This document shows, in pieces, positions 13,102 to 26,891 of a DNA stretch of 64,000 bases (its first letter is position 1; each line of letters opens with the position of its first letter). A program made the position numbers and the translations under genes. Origin of the DNA: Podarcis filfolensis (Eukaryota); NCBI GenBank assembly GCA_964270895.1, contig OZ185437.1; one strand, 5' to 3'. A model generated the notes under the pieces. That model was given only the letters and a program-made list of their open reading frames with translations, ran no database searches and was not told where the DNA came from.

Positions 13102-13435
13102 TGTGTATGTCTTTAAGGGGCCAGAGCAAGGGCCAGAGCAAGATAACGAGACCCAGCTTTACAGCTGTGAAACGTAGCAGGTGCTGCTGAGTTGTATTTG
13201 ATTAAGGTGTGTCAGCATTTGGGTGTAGTATATAAGGAGCAGCACCTAGCTCTCCCATTACCCTGGGGGATGGGTTGGTGGTTGGGTCTGGTTTGGTTGT
13301 TAATGTATTTAGTGTAAAAGGAGTTTTTGTTTTTCTTATTAAAACCTTGTTTAAGTTATTTTTGAGTCCTTTTTTTTTAATGCATGGTCTCCCCAGCAAG
13401 CTCTCTGCAGCGCTACCATACTGCAAACAGCCAAC
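13102..13435 (+). mobile_element. Candidate solo LTR
   Basis: TG...CA bounded, direct repeat gggccagagcaa x2, TATA-like tataagg then ATTAAA; boundaries uncertain. Confidence 0.4.
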
Positions 13436-13816
13436 ACTAAATGCTGTCCTGGGCATATAAGAGTGCCATAGTTGTGAAAGAGACACATCTTTGTATGTGT
13501 GCGAGTTGAGAGATGGGGCAGCTGTGTTTTGGAGCCCCATATTCAATCTGTGCAGCTATATGTCAGCTTCTAGCATGCCGGCTGAGGTACTTCAAGAAGT
13601 GCACGACCTACAAAATTTGCTATGTGAAAGTTGCACCCCCCATTTCTTAGCATACTGATGTTTGTTTTTAGTCAATTAAATTCTAACTGGCCAATGGTCA
13701 AGGTCTGTTGTGAAAAGTTCTAATCAAAAACCATCTGCATTTAAGTTGTATTCTGCTGAACAACTAACCTATACACCACAAGGGTTCACTGTTGTATAAC
13801 TTTTTATATTTTTCAG

Positions 13817-13930
13817 TTAGAAGTCTTCCAGCCCTTTTTTGTTTCCTTAAACCTTCCTCCTAGTGTTACAAGAGGAGAAGAGATTGTTTTGGAAGTAAAC
13901 CTCTTTAATTATTTGAAAGAAGGCACTGAG
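13817..13930 (+). CDS. CD109: CD109 exon (LEVFQPFFVSLNLPPSVTRGEE...NYLKEGTE)
   Basis: ttttcag / gtaaa; FQPFF..LP.SV.RGE motif. Confidence 0.96.
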
Positions 13931-14866
13931 GTAAACATTCATTCATTTGTTCATTTTCTAATATTAGGTGGAATCCAACGGTGTCTGTACGTGAGCAGAA
14001 TGGCCTTCTCACACAACAATTCACACTTGTTCTCTGCACCCTTGCCTGCATGCACCCAACCCTCTGGAGCAAATTTGTGTGTGTGTAGGGAGTGTAAGGT
14101 GAGGAGAGCAAGAGGAAGTCCTGTTGTGTGAGAGGAAGTCCATGCACACAATTTTGGATTTTGCCCATGATGTCTTGTAGTTGCCTTATCTTTGCTGTTG
14201 CCAGCTCTTAGTTAGTTCATGGTCTTGCTGGAGCATGGATTCAGAGACAGACTGTTTAAGTCTATCGGTTACTGACCCTAGGGGGTGGGGTGGGGAGTCA
14301 TTTTGCAATCGGATTTTGTCGGTTTTTTTGATTTGGCTTAGGCTGTGATCCTACGCAGATGTTCTAAGGAGTAAGCTACCTTGAACACAGTAAGAATTGC
14401 AGCTGAGTAAACATGCATAGAATCATGCTGTATGGATGGGCTTGGACAGAAGCGCAGATTGAATTTTGATGCCAATTGGATTGTTTTTGGTACAATACAG
14501 AACGTTATAGCTAAGTGTGGCTTTGCCTTAGCAGAAAATGCCTCCATTTGCACAAGTTTCACATGTTATTTTGCTTTTGACATTTACTCTGCACTTTCTT
14601 CTTTTCTCTGTCCTATCTCCTGGTGTCATATTTGTCTCACTTTCCATTCTCCTAGTTCCCAGTTGCCCACCCCCTTCTTTCTTGTTTGTGTTTTCTTGAG
14701 TGTTGCTGGGTACTCTAAGGTTGATGTACCCTGGCGGCCCCACCCACGTTATAATTGGTAGTAGTCACATCTATGTGAAATCCATTCTGTGCCTCCTGGT
14801 AAATGTCACATTAAATGTCTTTGCTAGTAGCACAAAATATATGTTAATTAACCACTTTTTTTATAG

Positions 14867-15085
14867 GTTACGGTGACCCTTGATACAAGTGACACCTTTG
14901 AAATCCTTATTGTTTCTAATGATATAAATGCCATGGGAAACCAGCGATCAGTATGGGTACCAAGTGAAGCTGCAAAGACTGTTATTTTTCCGATCAAGCC
15001 AAAGCAAATTGGAGAGATTCCCATCAGAGTGACGGCAATATCTCCCATTGCTTCTGATGCTCTTTTACAGAAAGTATTAGTGAAG
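14867..15085 (+). CDS. CD109: CD109 exon (VTVTLDTSDTFEIL...LLQKVLVK)
   Basis: tttatag / gtaat; 73 codons. Confidence 0.96.
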
Positions 15086-16231
15086 GTAATTTAAATCATT
15101 ATTTACACAAGCTGTTTGTCGGATGGATGAACCACTTTTAAAAGTTGCACACAGTTGATAATTAGTTTTAAGTATTTACGGGAAGTTTCTAAAGGGAGTG
15201 ATGATCTGAGTGTTGTAAGAACCCAATTTGTGCTTAACTCTGGAGCTGTGTCTAGGTTCTGCATAGAACACGGAAGAAACGTGGTCTCTATGCGGACAAG
15301 ACAAAACTGAAGTGGGAAGACAGAATCTGATGAAAGGATTAGCAATATTGAGAAGGATAAACTTATTACTACAGGAAAATAATGATTCTAACAAATCTCA
15401 TGTTGAAGGTTACATAATTAATATCTCAGCCATAACACATTTGCTGTGAAATAAGTTTCCTTGGTTTCTGAGGAAATTACATTAATGGAGCACTGCTTAG
15501 TACTGATATATCTAAAACCGGTGATAGTCAGTGTTTGCATTTGAGCATAGCTTGAGATGGAAGAATCTGTCAATTTTAGATTCTCTCTGTTCCTCATTTT
15601 TCCAATATTAAGTTCCCTTCTCAGCATGGTTAAGCAATATGTCTGAACCAGGCCACTCATACCACAGCTTCAGGTCTGCTGTTCACTTCCAGACCATGAG
15701 ACTTAAAGCACTTATTTCTGGACATAAAGGTATAATACACAAATACTAGAACTGTTTTGTAAAGTACGTGGCACATTAATTTAGTAGATCATTGTTTATG
15801 AAGTCAGGCATGTTTATACAGTATCTGAACTGGCCCTTAAGGTATATTTGGGTTCCACATGAACCAAGACTAACATGGAAGTTGTGCACCACTTACAAAC
15901 TACAGTGTTAAGCAGTATGTAATTGCAAATTGTTGAAATAAAAATGTGAAGAAGCTTTATGGTTGTTTTCTGCACAAAAATAGGCTTAAATTGTGCTCCT
16001 TGAAAACCTTCACATTAAGCTATTAATTATTAGGAAGACCCAACTCTGTTGCAGAAAACTTCATGGCAGAAATTTATTAGTCTTGAAAAGAGTTTATATA
16101 TTGTCATAAGATGCAATTTTGATAACTTGTTATTCAAAATTAATACTGCACATCAGCTCTTGTGAAGCAAAAATCCATGGGGATATGCATTGTTACATTT
16201 TTGCTTCATTTCCCAATATCAGCACTGCCAA

Positions 16232-16317
16232 TGCAATCCTATACAAATGTCTACTCAGACATTATTTCCACTGAGTTCAGCGGTGCTTAATCCCAGCTAA
16301 GTCGATACAGGATTGCA
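16232..16317. mobile_element. Short MITE (tgcaatcct / aggattgca family); related copies at about 10500, 14341, 19185, 36105, 41249
   Basis: 9-bp TIR and shared core cccattgagttcaatgg. Confidence 0.7.
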
Positions 16318-16421
16318 CTCTGAGATCTGTAGAGGTCCCTGATATTGGTAGAAGTGCACAAAGAACTACCATACCTAATAACTTTTGGACATGCATCTAG
16401 TCTTTGTTTATTTTTTCACAG

Positions 16422-16563
16422 GCTGAGGGATTAGAACAGTCTCACTCAGAGACAATTCTTTTGGACCTGTCCAAAAGAATAGGATTTGAAACAAAAAGAC
16501 TGAACTTCACTTTTCCCTCTGATGTAGTACCTGGCAGCGAAAGAGTGCAAGTCACAGTTATTG
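16422..16563 (+). CDS. CD109: CD109 exon (AEGLEQSHS...VPGSERVQVTVI)
   Basis: ttcacag / gtaag. Confidence 0.96.
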
Positions 16564-17643
16564 GTAAGCATTTCACTCCTCTTACATTGTTTCATTTTGA
16601 TGCGTGCTGGCAAATAAAAAGTAAATATGAAACTGAAATATCAGTAAGAGTGTGCTCTAATTGATTGCTGAATTATTCAGCATGCAAGTTATTTTGTTAC
16701 TGGTATGGTATTATGACTGGTTTTGAATAGATAAATTATCCCTTGCCTGTGAGAATAGGTGGAAGTGTTCCACGTCAGTGAAAAGGAAATGATGTGCAGG
16801 CTGTTTCTCATATAACCCATTAATTTCATCCTCCTTTTTTATTGCTAACATACAGTGTTGAAAACTGAGATATGAAAGCTAGGAGCTAAATGGCACCTTA
16901 AAGCTAGGTTATGGGCCGGAATGTCTAGGCACGCTTTTTTATAACAATAATACAAAGCTGAAAATGAATAAACTGCAGCTAAAATATTATTTTCATTTTT
17001 CGCATGGTCTAATCCTTTCCCTGCCCATCACCCTAATATTCTTAACAGGGTCTCTTGTCCAGTCTTCAGAGAGTATCTGGAAGTGGGGAGCCAGAAAAAA
17101 GTCCTCCTTTCCTTCCACACTGCAGCTCAGAAACTGCTTGGGCTAATGAAATTCCCTGTCGCAATATGTGCCTAGAACAATGGAAGTTTCAAACACTGCT
17201 AACATACTAGCATAGCTCTGTAGAGTATTGTATACCTGCTGGACATTTCTGGGTTTTTTGTTGTTGTTGGTCTTCAGTTTTATATGTTATTACCATCAAA
17301 TTTTAAAAAGACATTGATTTATTATATTTTGTTTTATGTTGAGCTCCTAGTGGTCTCATATCCAGGAGATTAATCAGGTCTGCACTTGGTGAATTTCAGC
17401 AATGCTGCAGCCTCAAATACTCTTGGCCCATTCCCTAGACTCACATTATCAGCAGAAGTGATAAAGTGTACTGCATATGTATGATAATTTCAGTTATTGT
17501 GTGTCTGCTTCATTGAAGTGCATGAGTATATTAGGGTATCCTTTAGAAGTGATGCAAAGAAAACTCGCAAAGTGATTAACTCAACCTTCCACATTTTTCT
17601 ACTGGCGTTTCCGTTACGTTGTCTTGTGAACTGTATCTTTCAG

Positions 17644-17820
17644 GAGACATCCTCGGCCCCTCTATCAGCGGTTTGGAGTCACTGATCAAGATGCCTTATG
17701 GCTGTGGGGAACAGAATATGATCAATTTTGCACCCAATATTTATGTTCTGGACTATCTGGCCAAAGCAGGAGACCTGAAGCCCAGACTTAAAACAAAAGC
17801 CATGTCATATATGAGAGAAG
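17644..17820 (+). CDS. CD109: CD109 thioester exon (GDILGPS...[18 protein letters not shown]...MREG)
   Basis: ctttcag / gtaag; GCGEQ encoded at 17700-17714. Confidence 0.98.
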
Positions 17821-20800
17821 GTAAGAATCTGTTTTTGGAGAAGAGCCTGCCATTTATTGTGGGTTTCTATTAAGGTTTGATGGGAGAAATCATTCCTCCT
17901 GCATGGATTGCTTTCCCTTTTCCCTATACACGCCTCAGATGTGTGATGGATAGATAGAGGGGCAGAATGGGCAGAAAATTGCAAACACTGAGACAATTTT
18001 GTGAGCCCTGAAAGCTTGCCAGTGGCAGCTGTCACAATAAGAAATGACCAGGACTGTAACACCTCCTGTAATGTGTGTAACAAGGTAATTCAAATTCTAC
18101 ATTGCCCACAAACATGGTTTAAGCATAGTTTTGCAATAAACTCAGTTTAACTGTACCTTTGGAATCCTAAAACAACTGGAAACATAAAAAGATAAGAAAT
18201 CTGAAGTAGCTAGTTTTCTTACCCCAAACCATATTATCTGTTTCTTCTTTACTTAAGTAGAGTTGCGACATACACAGTCCTGACTTCCAAACTGCTCTTG
18301 CACCACACAGGTTGCATCCTTTTTGAACACAATTGGGCAGATTTAATCTCCAGTGTAGGACTGTTGACTTTGGTACTGTCATGTTACAACTAAATTTGGA
18401 CTTGCATCCCAGATCAGTCTCCCACAAAGAAGGAACAAAGGCCACCGACAACAGAAACAGTTTTGTTTGCTTTGCTGAACTCCATGGGTTGTATTTGGCC
18501 TGACAACTGGACTTTGGCCACCCTAAAGTTACACAGTTAGTTTCAAAAATAATGAACATCTGTTTTTTAAGCAACTTCTTTGAAGTTTGCAAGCAATCTG
18601 TCACTCCCTGTAGATTGATTTATACTATCATAATGTTTTTAACTTCTCCAAACATTAGTTTCATTAAAGCTATTTTTAAATGAGTCATAACTGTATTGTT
18701 AAATTTGTCATTCAGCGATACACTGTTTAACTTAAATCATGCTTGGCTTTGGGATTTACAATGTTTCTTTGCAGTCTTTTGCAGCCAGAATAAAAGCTAT
18801 CATGGAATAGCTTTGATTTTAAAATAGAAAAATACTTCTCTCCATCTTGTTTTCTTTTGTTTTGTACAGTTGCTTCTTATGGTCCCTTTGGAAAGGCTTA
18901 TATTTATACATATTCTTTTATACATCGTGATCATAGTCTACCCAGTGTAGCATAAAATAAACTTTATATCATATGTCTGAATTCCTAAAAAGTACAGGTT
19001 CCAAAACAACCTTTACAAATGTTTTTCTATACTTTGCTTGATGATTATGAATAGCTTTTTGTTATGCTACACTGTCAATAAAAATCATCCAGTACACCAC
19101 CTTTTTAACATTTCTAAGTTGGAACGTCTTTGAAAACAGTATACAATGTTCTTTCTAAAGCTCGCCTAAAAGTTCAATCCTACACACTTTTGCACTGAAG
19201 TAACTCCCAGTGTATTGGAAGGTGTTTGCACCCTAATGAGTGTGTTTGGGATTGCAGTTCATACTACAGTTTCTCACCCATACTCGTAAATGGCTCAGTG
19301 GCCATTTCATGCATTACATTTGTAAGGTGTGCTTTTTATTTATGGAAATAACTGCTCTAAAAAGGTGAAATGTCAATGCAACAGAGACAGGTATTGTATA
19401 GGGACACTCATCAGGAAATAGTGATTGGCAGTAGATTATAATTTTTTTTGGTGTATGTTCGTTGACTAACCCAGGTTTGCTTCTTTCTGTCTAAACTGTG
19501 AAATGTCTCTGGTGTGTCCTCTGTAGTTTATAATAATTGCTTCTTGACTGTCCAGTGGATCCATTGGTTCTCACTTTTCTTTTGGTAGGGTCATAGCATG
19601 TAACATGTGCTCATGACACAAAAGTAGTCCCATTAAGGTAAACTTGTGTTTTTCCTACATAGGAGATTATCTCTAGCCAAGTTGATTGTAAAATATGAAG
19701 TGACTCTAAATTACTGGTTTACACACATTGAGATTATGCGTTGTATTCAACTAAGTTTTACTCTAGAGCAGACCCACCACTTAAAATTAATGAACACAAC
19801 TAAGTTGGGTCCATTAATTTCAGTGGGTCTGCTTTGAATAAAACACAGTTGAATACCACCTTGTGGTTTTATTCTAACAGCCGAGTTATTCCTAAAGGCT
19901 AATTCATTTGGTCATTTGATCACTTCATACAAGTATTTTTTTAAAACACATTTTGAGATATGAGTTCCTGCCAGGTGGTGTTTATATGGGTTGGTGGTTT
20001 CAGTCTGTAAACTGTAGGGATTGACTCTAATCGAAAGGCATTACAAACATCTTAGCTTTAGTGCACAAACATGGTTCTCTTTTGGCCAGTTTGTTTTACA
20101 TCTGTGTGTGTGTTTGGGGAAGTATAATGGTGGTAATATGTAGTATGGATGATGTAGTTTAAAGTGCAAACTAGGAGAGATTATGCTTCCAAGCCCAGCC
20201 CTCTGATTTTATTATTTTCCTGCTGTTTGTTAAAGGGGTGCTAAGTGAATTGCACCCTTTATCTGGGTTGATTGATTTTAATTTTCCTAAATGTTTCCAC
20301 CTCTGTCTCACTTCCAGAAATGCACTGGGTTGGCTCAGCAGGTGTGTTTTACGCCAGACCAATCTCCCTGCCCCCTCACCCCTCTCTCTCCTGGTACACG
20401 ACAGTGATCCCCACCCGCCAATTAGATAGTGCAGCTGCTCTGTTCTACTTGGCAAGCTTCTGCCCACTTCTTTCTTCAGCTGATTTTTCACTTTCAGATT
20501 GGGAGCAGAGCTAGCATAATATACATGGGATTAAAGAACAAAACAAAATCCAAGACTTAAAGAATACTCAGGAGAGATAGATATATGGGACTATCATGAT
20601 TCAGATAACATGGGTTCTGTTAGTAAGATTACACAAGTCATTCACTTTATCTGCTCCCATGCATGCTGAAGAGTAAAATGTGAGTGCGATTCCCTGAATA
20701 CAGTTTTAAACTAGAAAAGTATATTTCACATTTCACTTTATCACATAAGGTCCCTGGGTAAGCGCTTCTCAGAATCAGTTTGTTAGCAGTGGGAATAATA

Positions 20801-20839
20801 ATTGGGCTTCATGATGAAGGAGTTAAGTACTTTGCCCCT

Positions 20840-20950
20840 GAAGCTTGCTAGCTGACCTTCGGCCGGTTGCCTTCTCTCAGCCTGACCTACCTCACAGGAG
20901 TGTTGTGAGGATAAAATGGCAGGTGGAGTGGGATATAAATGTAATAAAAA
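20840..20950 (+). mobile_element. MIR/Ther1-type SINE core fragment
   Basis: ctcagcctgacctacctcacaggagtgttgtgaggataaaatgg. Confidence 0.65.
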
Positions 20951-21273
20951 ACATAAATCAGTATTTGAATTCTTTCTGTATAATATTCCAATTCAGCCTC
21001 CCATTACATTACGTACATCAATTAGTGCATCAGCTTTTTGATTATCTGAGACTGTAAACCCGCTGTAATAAGGAATTTCTCATAGATCTTGCTTTTTATA
21101 AGACACTACTTTGTAGTTGAGATGCATTATTCAACCAAGCATGAGTAGCAGTTTGGTTCCTATAAGGTTTAGCAATTAGTCTGCAGTGGATGCCTAGCTG
21201 GGAGGTGATAAACCTATTGAATAAACTTAGCCCAACTGTCATACGATGCTGTTCTCATCTTTCATTTCTCCAG

Positions 21274-21355
21274 GATACCAAAGAGAGCTTCTGTATCAAA
21301 GAGATGATGGTTCTTTCAGTGCTTTTGGAAACAAAGACAACTCTGGCAGCACGTG
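21274..21355 (+). CDS. CD109: CD109 exon ([27 protein letters not shown])
   Basis: ctccag / gtaag; near-identical to the human segment. Confidence 0.97.
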
Positions 21356-23008
21356 GTAAGTGTTCAGTAAACAACGTGCATCTTTAATAGTCTTGAAGTT
21401 AGCAAGATGCATCAATTATGTTTTGGTACAGCAACCAACTGCCAAAACCAGAGTCATGTACTAGTCTTAAGTTATTATAATTCTTAGAGCTGGATGTGTA
21501 CACCCGTGACTCACATCCTAGGTCCTTGTATGCAGTTCTTGCATATTACCCAGAAAATGTATAAAATGTAGTTGATGTCTGCAGATTCCCCAAGGATGAA
21601 GATTACAAGTTTTAATAGCTGCACAGCAAGTACTAGGCATAAAATGCACATACAAAGTCACTAAGGCAAATGGGAATGGCTGCACCTACAGGCTAGTATA
21701 GCTTTTCTTCTCCCAACACCAGGCCATGTTGATGCTAAGTTTGCTGCTGCTGTATTTGCAGCTAGATCATTCATCTGCCTTCCCATCTTTCACCTAGGGG
21801 CATTTGCAGGTGTTTGCATGCAATACCGCTGCTCCTTTGACAATCTGATTGTTGTTGGTGGCAAGGGAAAAAAATAGAGAATTTCTGGATGCCAAGTTCT
21901 TGTTTTGGGTCAAGTAATCTTTGGTGAGAGAACCCCACCAGAGATTTAAAATTATGCAGCAAAGTAAAGCATAGGAATATAGGCTGTTAGACCTTTAAAA
22001 TATGCTCTGTTGAGTTCCTTCCAAAGTCTCCCTGTTCCCCTAGCATAGAAAAAGACCACATGTTTGGTAAGATAGAAATACTTTACTTACAAACTCTCCA
22101 AAAGTCAGATTCATGTGCTTTTCCTTAGTTAGAAAACACAAGCAGTAATTGCCTTAGCTACGTGGTGAAAGTTCCTAAATTATAGAGATAGGAACACAAG
22201 AAAGGCTTGTTAGAGCCATGCAATGTTAGCTGCAGCAGCCAGTTCAGACATCACACGTTGAGCTTCTAAGGTAGACAGTGGGACAAAAATAGGCTTGATT
22301 ACCTTCCTCCTGAGGTGAAGGGAAGTGACCTAGCTAAGCCTGGCAGGACAGCTTACTCTGTGGCATCAACTCCTTCATGCATTAATTAGAGTTATATGAG
22401 GCTGGTTATCCCTCAAATGTGTGGGTCTGGGTGAGTGTCGTGGGTCACTAAATAATTTCAGGAGAGGGGTGGAAAGTGAATGATCTGGCTTTAAAGGTTG
22501 GAATGCTTGGTTGCCATCTGCTACGAACTCTTGGAGGATGAAGCATTTGTTCTGACTTCACACTGTAGTTCTTGCACTGTAATTTGGCATATCCGTGCTC
22601 TCTCAATAGAAAAAGCTGCTGGCTATTTCCAAGTATTTCTTTTAAAGAGCTGCTTTGCATGTTTCACACTTGAGAATTTTTTCATAACGTTGTAGAATAT
22701 GCCCTAAATACTTTTATTTATTTATCTGCACTCAGAGTTTGCATTTCCACTGAAGAGCACAGAGGAGCTTACATATGGTTCCCATATGGTCTCCTATTCA
22801 GACAGTTTACAAGGCCAGACATGTTCATGAAAATATGTAATAAACAAATTGTACCAATTGTATGCAATTAGCACATGCAAGGCTTGTTTTAAGCCTTCCA
22901 GTGCATATATTTGTGATATTTTCTTAAACACATTGTGCAAGTTAAATTAAAGAATGGGATCTGTGGAAGTGTTTAATTCCTACATATTTATTCTTCACTT
23001 CTCCCTAG

Positions 23009-23237
23009 GCTATCGGCTTTTGTGTTAAGGAGTTTTATTCAAGCTCAGCCATTCATAGATATTGATTCATCTATCCTGGAGACAACAGCTGCTTGGATTG
23101 TTAGACATCAGAAGCACAATGGGGAATTCCAGGAGCCTGGGAGAGTGCTGCATACTGAACTGCAAGGAGGAACTAACAGCTCTGTCTCTCTTACTGCTTA
23201 TATTATGACTGCACTATTAGAGTACCAAACAGATAAG
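23009..23237 (+). CDS. CD109: CD109 exon (LSAFVLRSF...GRVLHTELQGG...YQTDK)
   Basis: ccctag / gtagt; catalytic His codon at 23151-23153. Confidence 0.97.
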
Positions 23238-24120
23238 GTAGTTATAACCATAGAAGCCAACTCCTAGGAGCTGAGGTTCCTTTGGCGCCCCTAATAAAAT
23301 ATTTGAAGGGGCCAAGCCTCCCCAAAGTTGACGGGTGTTGGTGAATGTGTCCATCAGACCAAAAAAGGTTGGTCAGTCCTGATTAAAGGAACAGCTAGAC
23401 AAAGGGCTTATCCATACTTACTTTTCCTTTGCTCTTTCCAGGCAACGGTTCGCAATAGCTCTGAGATTGAGCACCTCCTTTTTTTGTTCTGGAGTTTTCC
23501 CTGAGAAACCTGCTCTTTGAAGCTGAATTGGAGCAAGTGTTAATCTGCGGAAAACCTGAATTGATGTTGCTCTAATTAAGCTTTAAAGAGGAGGCTTTTG
23601 TTGAGAAACCCCACCTGGAGGCAAAAGGTAAGTGTGGATAAGCCCAAACTCTGTCCAACTTGGGCTTGCATGTTAAGAAGGATCTATTATATTTCTGTTA
23701 GACCAGGAATGGGTTATCTTCATTTTTATTTTCATTTATCTTCAAAATGCAATTTGCATTTCCCCTTTCATTGCATATTTTCTGTTGTGTGGTTTGCATG
23801 ATCTGTGCTGGAGGTGGGCAAGGAGCTATACAAGGCACTGAAATCTCCCCATCTCCACTAAGCATCACCTGAGATTTCAGCAGGTCTTGCCCACACCCTT
23901 TCAAGCATTTTTTCAGCCATAAAGGCTAGAAACTTGCTGTTTTTAAAAAGAAAGCTAAGATTCTCAGACCGCTGGATTTATGTGATCAAGCCAACATTCT
24001 CTGGTTTTTTGTGGAATTACAGCATATACACAACCCTGACATTAATGTATGAAGATTGCAATTTAACATTTGCTTGGTTAAAGGGAGTTCATAGCTTATT
24101 TCATATCTTTCTTTCTGCAG

Positions 24121-24286
24121 TATGATTATGCTATAAGAAAAGCACTGGACTTTCTGGAATTTAAATTAAGTGAAGGCATATCAGATAATCATACGCTTGC
24201 CCTTGTGACTTACGCTTTATCGCTGGCAAAGAGTGCGGAAGCAAAGCGAGCTCTGGACCTGCTGAATGAGAGATCAGAACATCAAG
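24121..24286 (+). CDS. CD109: CD109 exon (YDYAIRKALDFLE...GISDNHTLALVTYAL...EHQ)
   Basis: tctgcag / gtagt. Confidence 0.95.
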
Positions 24287-24341
24287 GTAGTGTAAGACAA
24301 CTGAATTTACAATTGCAGATGGTACAACCACTATGGTAGTA

Positions 24342-24697
24342 CAGGGTTCTCATACTTTCTAGCCCCAGGATCCATATGACATAACTGAGGTCCACCAGTC
24401 ATAAAATGGTGGTGCAGGGGCCAAACCAGTCACAAAATGGTGGCAGATGGAAGCAGAATTTGGCATGGGTTTTTTCCTCTCACTTTTTAATTTCCTTCAA
24501 CACATTCTCTCCCTCTTTCCCATCAGAGGAGGGAGATCTCCCTTCCCTTCCCTTACCCCAAACGTGTCTATCTTCCAGCCATGGCACTTACTGTGGGGTG
24601 AGGCAGGCAAGTGAGGAGGCACTGGCCAGGCTGAGGCCCACCTGAAAGTGGCTTGTGGTCCACTGGTGGATCCCAACCCACTGTCTGAGAAACGCTG
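24342..24697. mobile_element. hAT-type non-autonomous element
   Basis: Termini cagggttctca / tgagaaacgctg; 8-bp TSD tggtagta / tgttagta. Confidence 0.75.
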
Positions 24698-25164
24698 TGT
24701 TAGTATAAAGAAAGTGTCAATCAAACCTATAGAACCTGAGATACAGCATTATTTATAACCCTCCCCAACAAAACCCTAGTTATAAAGGTGGTCACTGTTT
24801 TTAATTTTGAGAATATTAGGAATGCTTCTGGAACTTAATTTGAGCTTTGTAGGCTTCTCCTTGAATAAACAAAAAGTAGATTACCGCCTTTCTTTTATTT
24901 GATAAGTCAATAAGTTTTTATTAATTTGCCCATGCATGCATCATACTCATTTTCAAGTGGCACCTGCAACAAAATGTTGCCGTGTGGAGTGTTCCTGTTC
25001 AGGATTCTAGCTAGGCAGCCATGCTCTTTTCAAAATAATTGATATTTGAAATGGTTGACTGTATGTGGACTTCAGACTATTATAGTTTCTTAGTTGTGAA
25101 AGGCTTATTATTATTATTATTATTTTGTTGCTGCTATGTGAAAAGTTTATTCTTCTTTTTCCAG

Positions 25165-25355
25165 AAGAACTCAGATTCTGGATATCACAAGCTTCTCAAC
25201 TGTCTGATTCCTGGCAGCCTCAGTCTGTAGATATTGAGGTTGCAGGCTATGCTGTTTTGTCTCATGCTAAACAACAGAGATTATTAGAGGGGATCCCTAT
25301 TATGAAGTGGTTAAGCCAGCAAAGAAACCACCTGGGAGGCTATTCTTCTACACAG
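25165..25355 (+). CDS. CD109: CD109 exon (ELRFWIS...DIEVAGYAVL...GGYSSTQ)
   Basis: ttccag / gttag; E.A.YALL and GG..STQ motifs. Confidence 0.97.
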
Positions 25356-26030
25356 GTTAGAGAGTCATCTTTACAAAATTTACTGTTGTTGTCTTTTCAT
25401 AATTAATATTAGTCTTTTTTGTGGCTCCAGCCATGGAGTTTCTCTTTTAAACCTTAGACAGGAAACTTCAAAAAGCACTGTTTTGAACTTGTGATAAATT
25501 AACTGCTTGGTAATTGGTTTCTAAATTGCAAGGAGTTCATTTGTTTTTTGAGGATGAAAGGAAGAAATGCTTGATTCTTCAAGGGAGCCTGTCAGTACCT
25601 TCTACAAAATGCATGCCAAAGCCACAGCCTGATTGCCAACAGGCCCAGAGCATTGTCTGTGGACAAATGTTGCAGCAAAGTAGGGTTTGATGTGACCAAG
25701 ACATGAATGGAGAATCCCACCTTGAGTTCTGTGATGAAAGAAAGGTGGGATAGAAGTGAAGTGAAATGAATTCATTACTGATGGGTATTTGCTACTTGGA
25801 AAAACCATTTATCAAATCATTAAAACCTAAGAAAACACTTAACAGATTGCTCTTTGATAATTTGAAGGCTTTCCAATTGGTCTCTTCCAGATCTCTTGGG
25901 AGTCTTCCATAAAAATGAGTGTGAGCAAGTGTGGCATAGTAGATAGAAAACTGAATTTGGATTGAATTCAAAACTGAGGTTAGGTCTGAGTGTACTCCAT
26001 AATGATGTTTGACCAATTACTTTATCTAGG

Positions 26031-26145
26031 ATCATAGAATTGTAGAGACCATGAGGGTCATCTAGTCCAGTCCTCTTGTACTCAACTGGGGCTTGAATCT
26101 ACAACCCTGAGATTAAGAGTCTCATGCTCTACCAACTGAACCATC
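26031..26145 (-). mobile_element. tRNA(Lys-CTT)-derived SINE with CR1-type tail
   Basis: Reverse complement reads cagttggtagagcatgagactcttaatctcagggttg...ctacaattctatgat. Confidence 0.8.
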
Positions 26146-26735
26146 AATATTAGCAACAAACTGGCACAGCCCATTCCATGTTCCATGATTGTTCAGTGTT
26201 AGCATTCCAATTCCTGCAATTATCTTTATGCAGCAGTTTCGTTTCTCATGCTGGGCGTTGCCCTCCCTGTCCCTTTTCCTTATTAGAACTTTAAACTTTT
26301 GTATAAAGGTGACTTGTCAAGCATTTGTCATGCAACCATTATAGTTTTTAAAGATCAGGGCAAATACTGTCTGGTGCTCTGCCTAGCTTCTTTGGGCAGC
26401 AAGCAGAAGGAACAAGGAAGTCCACCACCCTGTTCAAGTATTCAGTCTGGGTGCCAATGCATATGTGAAGGGAGAAGGAAGATTGCATCTGCCAGCCTCA
26501 TCTCCCATTCCTTGTGTCCATGGGTCCTATGTACTTACATTCAGCTATGAATAGGCTAGAACAGAACTCTGGCTGGCTATAGCATTGGTCCAAACTACAT
26601 GTTTGGAGCAGCGGTTCAGAGACTCCTGTGTGTCTCAGCTCAAAGAGCAAAACAATCCAACTGTTAAGGCAGGCTGGAACCTACTTACTTTAGAGGCATC
26701 CGTATTAAACAATTTGTTCTTGCTTCTCTATACAG

Positions 26736-26891
26736 GACACTATAGTGGCCCTGCAGGCTTTGAGTGCCTGTGCAATGCTTACTACTGGCATTGAAACAGA
26801 AATGGATGTAACAGTCAGTCCATCTAGCGAAAACGATCCAGTTGTGTTCAGAATTAATAATGAAAACCGCTTACTTCTCAAGACCAAAGAG
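26736..26891 (+). CDS. CD109: CD109 exon (DTIVALQALS...NENRLLLKTKE)
   Basis: atacag / gtact. Confidence 0.96.

Noticed and set aside
15170-15400. SDERISNIEK fragment reminiscent of L1 ORF1
   Set aside because: Too short and broken to call.
26065-26145. tRNA-Lys-like sequence
   Set aside because: Acceptor stem is degenerate and it is fused to a CR1-type tail, so it is a SINE rather than a tRNA gene.
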